Positions 57,393 to 64,000 of a stretch of 64,000 nucleotides of DNA are shown here, one piece after another. The position numbers were made by a program, and so were the translations under genes. Source of the DNA: Cryomorphaceae bacterium BACL29 MAG-121220-bin8 (GTDB lineage Bacteria > Bacteroidota > Bacteroidia > Flavobacteriales > Flavobacteriaceae); the NCBI GenBank assembly GCA_905182765.1, contig CAJJCV010000030.1:3478-67477 (forward strand). The letters are read 5' to 3'. The notes under the pieces were generated by a model. That model did not search any database. It was not told the origin of the DNA and was given only the letters and a program-made list of their open reading frames with translations. The stretch's first letter is position 1. Each line of letters starts with the position of its first letter.

Positions 57393-60101
57393 ATGAAAAA
57401 AATAACCTTACTTTTTACAGCGGTCTTGATCTCAGGATTCTGTTACGCTCAAAACGTTATTACAGGTACAGTTGTCGATGCTGAACTAGGCTCCGGCCTT
57501 CCAGGCGCTACGGTACTTGTTAAGGGGACTTCTAATGGAGTTTCTACTGATTTTAATGGTGCATTTACAATAAACGCATCTGAATCAGGCACATTAGTTG
57601 TTTCTTACGTAGGATATGATTCTAAGGAAATAGCTTTTAGTTCAGGATTAAGTTTAGGCGATATTGCTCTTTCGGCAAGTGCTAATGAACTTGACGGTAT
57701 TACTGTTTTTGGAACTGTTGATTTTGCTATCGATAGAAAAACTCCAGTTGCAGTATCTACTTTAACAGCTTCTGATATTCAAGAGAGAATTGGAAACTTA
57801 GAGCTTCCTGAAATGCTTAACTCCACGCCTGGTGTTTATGCAACTAGAGGAGGAGGTGCTTTTGGTGATTCTAGAATAAATGTAAGAGGATTTGACTCTC
57901 AAAACACTGCAGTCTTAATTAATGGTATTCCTGTTAATGACATGGAGAACGGAAACGTTTACTGGTCAAACTGGTCAGGATTAACTGATGTTGTTTCTGC
58001 AATGCAGGTTCAAAGAGGTTTAGGAGCTTCTAAATTAGCGATCTCGTCTGTTGGTGGAACAATTAATGTTTTAACAAAATCTACTGATCTTACTCAAGGT
58101 GGTAAAATAGCTGCAACTGTTGGTAATGATGGTTACATGAAAACTGTAGCTTCATACAACACGGGTGAAATGGAAGGTGGACATGCTCTTTCTTTATTAT
58201 TTTCAAGAGTTGAAGGAGATGGTTATGTTGATGGGACTATGTTTGAAGGTTATAACTACTTTATGGGTTACGGATGGGAGTCAGACGATGACAAGCATAA
58301 TGTACAAGTAATTGTAACGGGTGCTCCTCAGACTCACAATCAAAGAACAAGCAGTTTTTATAATATGGCTAACGCAGCTGACTATGAAAAATATGGAATT
58401 CGTTATAACTACAACCACGGGTATATGAACGGTCAAGAGTTTAACTGGAGAAAAAACTTTTACCACAAGCCAATTGCGTCTGTAAACTGGGAATATAAAA
58501 TAAACGAATCAACTAACTTATCTGCTTCTGCTTACTACTCAATAGGAAGAGGTGGTGGAACTGGAGATATTGGTCGTTTGGGCGGAAAATATGCAAGTGA
58601 TGGTGATTTCAGAAATCCAATGAACGGTCAAGTTAACTGGGACAAAATTGTAGCTTCTAATTCTGGAACCGCTACGGATTTTTATGATGGTTTTTCGTAC
58701 AACAATGTTGTTGACAGTGCGACTGGATTATATATAGTTAACGATCAAGACGAAAGAGTAGACGGAGTTAAAAGAAATGGTTTTGTAAGAAGAGCTTCTG
58801 TTAATTCTCACAATTTTGTTGGAAGTCTTGTTAATTTAAAGAAAGAACTTTCTGATAAATTAACTTTAGATTTCGGAGTTGACTTAAGAAGTTATAGAGG
58901 TATTCATTACAGAAGACTAGATAATCTTTTAGGTGCTGACGGATACAGAGGTTTTGATAACGTAAACTACTCGGGTGGAAGCGCTGTTAGAACTAAAACA
59001 TACGGCTCGGATGTTAGTGATTTATGGAATGTGTTTAAAGATACTGACGAAGAAGAAAAGATTGACTATCACAATGATGGATTTGTAAGATGGAGTGGAG
59101 TATTTGGACAGTTAGAATACAGTAATGATGCACTTTCCTTATTTGTTCAAGGAGCTATGTCTAATCAAGGTTTCCAAAGAGAAGAGTTTTTTAATCAAAC
59201 TCCTGGAAATCAAAAAACAGATTGGAAAAATATTAGCGGTGGTAACTTAAAGGGTGGTGCTAACTACAACATTGATGCTAAAAACAATGTATATGTTAAC
59301 GCTGGTACTTATTCTAAGCAACCAAACTTTGATGCTGTATGGATTAACTATGGAAACAATCTTAATCCTGATTTAAGAAACGAAAAAGTTGTTGGTCTTG
59401 AAGCTGGTTACGGCTACAGATCTAGTAACTTTAATTTCAATGTTAACATCTACAAAACTAGCTGGAAAGACAGATTCCTTTCAGATGGTGTTAGAGTTGA
59501 TGGAGTAAACGGAACTGCTAATTACTATGGAATAGAACAAGTGCACACTGGAATTGAATTTGATGGGGTGTACGAAATTAGCCCTTTTGTAAAAGTAGAA
59601 GGAATGCTTTCATTAGGTAACTACGAATACGGAGGAGATGTAACAGCAGATGTGTTTGATTCAAGCAGAAATTTAATTGGTTCTGGAACTATTTATTTAG
59701 ATGGAGTTAAAGTAGGAGATGCTGCTCAAAAAACGTCAAGAGTAAATCTAGTTGTTACGCCTTCAGACTTATTTAAGTTTAACATAAGCATGTTCAATGC
59801 TTCTGATTTATATGCAGATTTCAATGTTGAAGACTTTACAGATCCAGAAGATCAAGCTATGATGCTTCCTTCTTATGATCTATTTGACTTTGGTGCTTCA
59901 TACAAGCTGAATATTGCTGGAGAGACTGTTTTAGTAAGAACTAACATAAATAACATCTTTGACAATTATTACTTTGCAGAATCAAAAACAAATTATGAAG
60001 CTGGACCTGGAGATAGCACATACTTAGGAGTAAATACTAGAAATAAAGTTTTTCCTGGATGGGGAAGAACTTGGAACTTAGGATTTACTTATAGATTCTA
60101 A
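57393..60101 (+). CDS. TonB-dependent receptor (CarboxypepD_reg N-domain, plug, 22-strand-type barrel)
   Basis: Signal peptide, ITGTVVDAELGSGLPGATVLVKG, plug motifs (RINVRGFDSQNTAVLINGIPVND) and a C-terminal ..LGFTYRF. Confidence 0.9.
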   Translation: MKKITLLFTAVLISGFCYAQNVITGTVVDAELGSGLPGATVLVKGTSNGVSTDFNGAFTINASESGTLVVSYVGYDSKEIAFSSGLSLGDIALSASANELDGITVFGTVDFAIDRKTPVAVSTLTASDIQERIGNLELPEMLNSTPGVYATRGGGAFGDSRINVRGFDSQNTAVLINGIPVNDMENGNVYWSNWSGLTDVVSAMQVQRGLGASKLAISSVGGTINVLTKSTDLTQGGKIAATVGNDGYMKTVASYNTGEMEGGHALSLLFSRVEGDGYVDGTMFEGYNYFMGYGWESDDDKHNVQVIVTGAPQTHNQRTSSFYNMANAADYEKYGIRYNYNHGYMNGQEFNWRKNFYHKPIASVNWEYKINESTNLSASAYYSIGRGGGTGDIGRLGGKYASDGDFRNPMNGQVNWDKIVASNSGTATDFYDGFSYNNVVDSATGLYIVNDQDERVDGVKRNGFVRRASVNSHNFVGSLVNLKKELSDKLTLDFGVDLRSYRGIHYRRLDNLLGADGYRGFDNVNYSGGSAVRTKTYGSDVSDLWNVFKDTDEEEKIDYHNDGFVRWSGVFGQLEYSNDALSLFVQGAMSNQGFQREEFFNQTPGNQKTDWKNISGGNLKGGANYNIDAKNNVYVNAGTYSKQPNFDAVWINYGNNLNPDLRNEKVVGLEAGYGYRSSNFNFNVNIYKTSWKDRFLSDGVRVDGVNGTANYYGIEQVHTGIEFDGVYEISPFVKVEGMLSLGNYEYGGDVTADVFDSSRNLIGSGTIYLDGVKVGDAAQKTSRVNLVVTPSDLFKFNISMFNASDLYADFNVEDFTDPEDQAMMLPSYDLFDFGASYKLNIAGETVLVRTNINNIFDNYYFAESKTNYEAGPGDSTYLGVNTRNKVFPGWGRTWNLGFTYRF

Positions 60102-60120
60102 AAACAGATTTTCTGTTCAT

Positions 60121-60153
60121 AAAAAAAAGCCTCTTTTTCAAGAGGCTTTTTTT
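60121..60153. terminator. Bidirectional intrinsic terminator between the TBDR gene (+) and recJ (-)
   Basis: A8 - gcctctt - tttc - aagaggc - T7. The recJ stop codon lies in the T-tract. Confidence 0.75.
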
Positions 60154-61837
60154 ATTTTAAATCTTTTAGCTTTAGTTGAATGCTTGTAACATCTTTCCAA
60201 TTATTTTCGTCGATATTATAAACCGCTGAAAAATTTTCTTTGTTTTCAATATCATTAAATTTATTAGAAAACCAAAATCCAATTGAGGAGTACGAGTTTA
60301 TGCCATCTTGAGACAAATTAAGCTTTATGTGTTCTTTTTCTTTTCCTAGTTCGAAAGGCTTGCCTTTTAATCTTAGATTTTCTGATAAAAACAAAGGGGA
60401 TTTATTTCCAGTACCAAAAGGTTCAAACTGTTTTAGTATTCTAAAAAATTTTGGTGTAATCTCGCTTAGGTTAATCTTAGACTCAATCTGTAATTCCTGT
60501 TCAAAAATACTACTATCAATTGTTTGAGAAACAATATCTTCAAACTGTTTTTTAAATTGTTCTAAATTTTCTTTTTTAATTGTTAGTCCCGCAGCATATT
60601 TATGCCCTCCAAACTGATCAATATATTGCTTACACTCATTCATTATCAAGTAAAGGTCTAAGCCCTTGATTGATCTTGCAGAAGCTGTTAAATAACCTTT
60701 AGAAGATTCGCAAAACACTACAGAAGGTTTGTAGTATTTATCGACAAGTCTTGAAGCAACAATCCCTACAACTCCTTTATTCCATTCTGAATCAAAGACA
60801 ACAATAGAGTTTAATTTTTGATTTGATTTATCAACTTGATCAACTGCCTGAACGGTCATCTCTCTTTCAATTTCTCTTCTTAAAGTATTTAATTCTTCTA
60901 TTTCTAAAGCTAATTTTTCTGCAGAATTTTTTTCTTTACTAATTAGTAATTCTAGTGCCAATGAAGCATGTTTAATTCGTCCTGCAGCATTTATTCGAGG
61001 TGCAACATAAAACATTAGATCGCTAATAGTATATTCTTTTTTAGTATTTTTTTTTAGAAGACTGTGGATTCCTAATTTAGGATTTGAATTAATAATTTGT
61101 AGCCCAATAAAAGCTAAAACCCTGTTTTCACCAGTCAAAGGCACAACATCAGCTGCAATTGCTAAAGCAACTAAATCTAGATAGTTTATAATTTTATTGT
61201 CTACTATCTGCTTTGATTCTATGGCCTGAACAAATTTAAACCCAACTCCACATCCACATAATTCTTTATATGGATAAACACAATCTTTTCTCTTTGGATT
61301 CAAAACAGCTAAAGCTTGAGGAATATTTTCGTCAGGATTATGATGGTCACATATTATAAATTCAATCCCTTTTTCTTTAGCATAATTCACCTGTTTATGG
61401 GCCTTAATACCACAGTCTAGAGCAATAATTAGTTTTTGTTTTTTTTCAAAAGCATTGTCTATTGCTTTAATAGATATTCCATATCCTTCGGATTTTCTAT
61501 CAGGCAAATATGTAGTGACATTTAACCCAATAGACCCCAAGTAAAGAGACAATAAGGCGACAGAACTAGTTCCGTCAACATCATAGTCTCCAAAAATCAT
61601 AATTGACTCTTTATCGCGTATAGCTTTTTGAATCCTATCGACAGCAAGATTCATGTCCTTCATTAAAAAAGGGTCATGAAGCATTTCATAATTCGGTCTA
61701 AAAAAAAATTTTGCTTGGTCAAAGTTTTTAATTTCTCTTTTGACAAGCATTGAAGATAAGATGGGGGAAATATTTAATTCATCTGAAAGCTTTTTTACAG
61801 ATTCTTTATCAATATTGTTTTTTATAACCCAATTCAT
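60152..61837 (-). CDS. recJ: Single-stranded-DNA-specific exonuclease RecJ
   Basis: DHH motifs (GDYDVDGTSS, ICDHH) and a DHHA1 motif (GGHKYAAG). Confidence 0.9.
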   Translation of the reverse strand: MNWVIKNNIDKESVKKLSDELNISPILSSMLVKREIKNFDQAKFFFRPNYEMLHDPFLMKDMNLAVDRIQKAIRDKESIMIFGDYDVDGTSSVALLSLYLGSIGLNVTTYLPDRKSEGYGISIKAIDNAFEKKQKLIIALDCGIKAHKQVNYAKEKGIEFIICDHHNPDENIPQALAVLNPKRKDCVYPYKELCGCGVGFKFVQAIESKQIVDNKIINYLDLVALAIAADVVPLTGENRVLAFIGLQIINSNPKLGIHSLLKKNTKKEYTISDLMFYVAPRINAAGRIKHASLALELLISKEKNSAEKLALEIEELNTLRREIEREMTVQAVDQVDKSNQKLNSIVVFDSEWNKGVVGIVASRLVDKYYKPSVVFCESSKGYLTASARSIKGLDLYLIMNECKQYIDQFGGHKYAAGLTIKKENLEQFKKQFEDIVSQTIDSSIFEQELQIESKINLSEITPKFFRILKQFEPFGTGNKSPLFLSENLRLKGKPFELGKEKEHIKLNLSQDGINSYSSIGFWFSNKFNDIENKENFSAVYNIDENNWKDVTSIQLKLKDLK

Positions 61838-61839
61838 TA

Positions 61840-62514
61840 TTAGTTTTTACAACCCTCTACAATAATTACGAATTCTCCTTTTGGCGGTTTTTCCATAAAT
61901 AAATTTACAATATCTTCTAGGGTTCCGCGGATTGTTTCTTCATATATTTTAGTGATTTCTCTAGATATTGAAACTTTTCTTTCAGGTCCGAAACAATTAC
62001 TAAAATCTCTTAATGTTTTTAAAAGCTTATGAGGAGATTCGTAAAAAATCATCGTTCTATTTTCATCAATTAGTTTTTCAAGTCTAGTTTTTCTTCCTTT
62101 TTTAACTGGTAAAAACCCTTCAAAAACAAACTTATCAAAAGGAATCCCGCTATTAACAAGCGCCGGTATTAAGGCGGTTGCACCGGGCAAACATTCTACT
62201 TCAATATTATTTTCAATACAGGTTCTAACTGCTAAAAAACCAGGATCAGAAATTCCTGGTGTTCCGGCATCTGAAATCAAAGCAATTTTTTCGCCTGATA
62301 AAATTTTATCGACAATTTTTCCTACCTCCTTGTGTTCATTAAACTTATGATGTGAACGTAAGGGAGTTTCAATATTGTAATGAATTAATAATTTTTTGCT
62401 TCTTCTAGTATCTTCACATAAAATAAGATTAACATCTTTTAAGATATTGATAGCTCTAAAGGTAATATCCTCTAAATTTCCTATTGGTGTTGGAACTATA
62501 TATAGTTTTGCCAT
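61840..62514 (-). CDS. rsmI: 16S rRNA (cytidine1402-2'-O)-methyltransferase
   Basis: LYIVPTPIGNLEDITFRAI..ILCEDTR and SDAGTPGISDPG. Confidence 0.9.
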   Translation of the reverse strand: MAKLYIVPTPIGNLEDITFRAINILKDVNLILCEDTRRSKKLLIHYNIETPLRSHHKFNEHKEVGKIVDKILSGEKIALISDAGTPGISDPGFLAVRTCIENNIEVECLPGATALIPALVNSGIPFDKFVFEGFLPVKKGRKTRLEKLIDENRTMIFYESPHKLLKTLRDFSNCFGPERKVSISREITKIYEETIRGTLEDIVNLFMEKPPKGEFVIIVEGCKN

Positions 62515-62591
62515 GTTGAATTAAATTTAAGACCTTTGACGAATCTTTAAAGTTAACTACTTTGTAAGAAATTTCAATAAATATTACTTAG

Positions 62592-63164
62592 ATGAAACAA
62601 AAGCATGTATTTAAAGGTAGATTAGAAGTTATTTGCGGGTCTATGTTTTCAGGGAAAACCGAAGAGCTTATAAAAAGAATTAAAAAAGTTGAGTTATCTG
62701 GAAATAAATATAGAGTGTACAGACCAAAAATTGATTCTAGAAATCCTAATAATAAAATAATCTCTCATGCTAAAAATGAAGTATTAGCAACAATAATTTC
62801 CAGCCCTAAGGAAATACTAGATAATTGTAAAGATATTGATGTTATTGGAATTGATGAGGCTCAGTTTTTTGACCAATCATTAGTGAAGGTATGCAATACA
62901 CTTGCTAATAACGGTCAAAGGATAATTGTAGCTGGACTTGACATGGATTACCAAGGCAATCCATTTGGGCCAATGCCTAATTTAATGGCTTGTGCTGAAG
63001 AAGTAAAGAAGGTTTATGCTATATGTGTTGAAACAGGAAACCCTGCTGGTTACAGCTATAGAAAAGAGGAAAAGAAAGAATTAGTTTTAATAGGAGAAAA
63101 GAAAGAATACGAACCTTTATCAAGAGAAGTTTTTATAAAAAGGATGAATAAAAGAAAATTATAA
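62592..63164 (+). CDS. tdk: Thymidine kinase
   Basis: P-loop GSMFSGKTEELI, plus IDEAQFF and AGLDMD. Confidence 0.9.
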   Translation: MKQKHVFKGRLEVICGSMFSGKTEELIKRIKKVELSGNKYRVYRPKIDSRNPNNKIISHAKNEVLATIISSPKEILDNCKDIDVIGIDEAQFFDQSLVKVCNTLANNGQRIIVAGLDMDYQGNPFGPMPNLMACAEEVKKVYAICVETGNPAGYSYRKEEKKELVLIGEKKEYEPLSREVFIKRMNKRKL

Positions 63165-63166
63165 CA

Positions 63167-64000
63167 ATGTCTATTAATGAAACAACTGTAGAGATTAAAC
63201 TTAAAAACTTAAAAAGTAATTTAGATTTTTTAAAGTCTAAATTAAATGTCAAGACAAAGTTTATGGCTGTAGTGAAAGCCTTTTCATATGGAAGCGATTC
63301 GGCCATTGTTTCTAAAGAATTAGAAAGACTAGGGGTTGATTATCTAGCTGTTGCTTACACACAAGAAGGAATTGAACTAAGAAAAGTGGGGATAAAAATT
63401 CCGATTCTTATTTTACACCCTCAAGAAAATGATTTTGATGATATATTAAGTAATAATTTAGAGCCTAGCATTTATTCATTTAGAATATTATCATTTTTTA
63501 CAAAAAAATTAAATAAAGAAAATATAAAAGCTTATCCATATCATATAAAGTTTAATACTGGTTTGAACAGGCTTGGATTTTTAAAAAAGGATTTACAAAA
63601 ACTAACCCCATTAATAAAACAAAATTTACCAAAATATATATTTTCTCATTTGGGAGCTTCTGAAGATTTAGATGAAAAAAACTATACTAAAAAACAAATT
63701 GAAGAGTTTATTTCAATTAGTGAAATTGTTGAAAAGGATTTAAATCGATCGATAAAAAAACACCTTTTAAATACATCTGGAATATTGAACTATTCTGATT
63801 TTCAATTCAATATGGTAAGGTCGGGAATTGGACTATATGGGTTTGGAAATGACATTAAATTTAAAGCCAATCTAAAGCCAATATTAACATTGAAAACTGT
63901 TATTTCTCAAATTCATGAGCTTAAACCTGGAAGTTCAGTAGGATATAATAAAGGCTTTATTGCTGAAACCCCTACTGTTATTGCTACTCTTCCAATTGGA
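63167..64000 (+). CDS. alr: Alanine racemase; N-terminal 278 codons, runs off the window
   Basis: Absent from the ORF track. ATG at 63167. My own translation gives MSINETTVEIKLKNLKSNLDFL...FMAVVKAFSYGSDS (PLP-lysine motif), open to position 64000. Confidence 0.8.
   Translation, partial: MSINETTVEIKLKNLKSNLDFLKSKLNVKTKFMAVVKAFSYGSDSAIVSKELERLGVDYLAVAYTQEGIELRKVGIKIPILILHPQENDFDDILSNNLEPSIYSFRILSFFTKKLNKENIKAYPYHIKFNTGLNRLGFLKKDLQKLTPLIKQNLPKYIFSHLGASEDLDEKNYTKKQIEEFISISEIVEKDLNRSIKKHLLNTSGILNYSDFQFNMVRSGIGLYGFGNDIKFKANLKPILTLKTVISQIHELKPGSSVGYNKGFIAETPTVIATLPIG

Noticed and set aside
57393-60101. Calling the GC-rich TBDR gene a horizontally acquired island.
   Set aside because: There are no flanking mobility genes, tRNA, direct repeats or integrase. 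The gene is flanked by core genes (pgi, recJ). Strong expression or constraint is an equally good explanation. It is kept as a finding, not as an HGT call.

Overview
This is a very gene-dense, low-GC chromosomal segment. Hand-sampled 60-nt lines are mostly about 20-35% G+C. It has the hallmarks of a streamlined (probably marine) Flavobacteriia/Bacteroidota genome: a MoxR-DUF58-BatABCDE operon, HemJ, DUF3109/DUF3108/DUF1080 proteins, CarboxypepD_reg-type TonB-dependent receptors, and an NrdB carrying an ATP-cone. I can support about 60 intact CDS, two of them open at the window edges (a dGTPase at the left, alanine racemase at the right). I found no rRNA or tRNA genes, no CRISPR array, no transposase, integrase or phage genes, and no recognisable defence island, so the window reads as core housekeeping chromosome. 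The parts I consider worth a second look are: (1) an RNR operon of the rare ATP-cone-on-NrdB type, preceded by the only long non-coding stretch in the window (507 bp), which holds a 16-bp perfect palindrome and a duplicated 12-mer; (2) a nearly complete haem-biosynthesis super-locus (hemH-hemJ and hemA-C-D-E-F-B) with an AraC-type regulator carrying a Cys-Pro motif and an orphan sensor kinase embedded in it, which may be an undescribed haem-responsive control circuit; (3) an atypical 522-aa two-TM BatD/DUF4381-like protein inside the Bat operon, plus a (DKKD)n coding tandem repeat in BatC; (4) a TonB-dependent receptor gene that is much more GC-rich than its surroundings, with an 11-bp tandem repeat upstream. 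All functional calls rest on motif and pattern recognition in the supplied translations. No database search was run.
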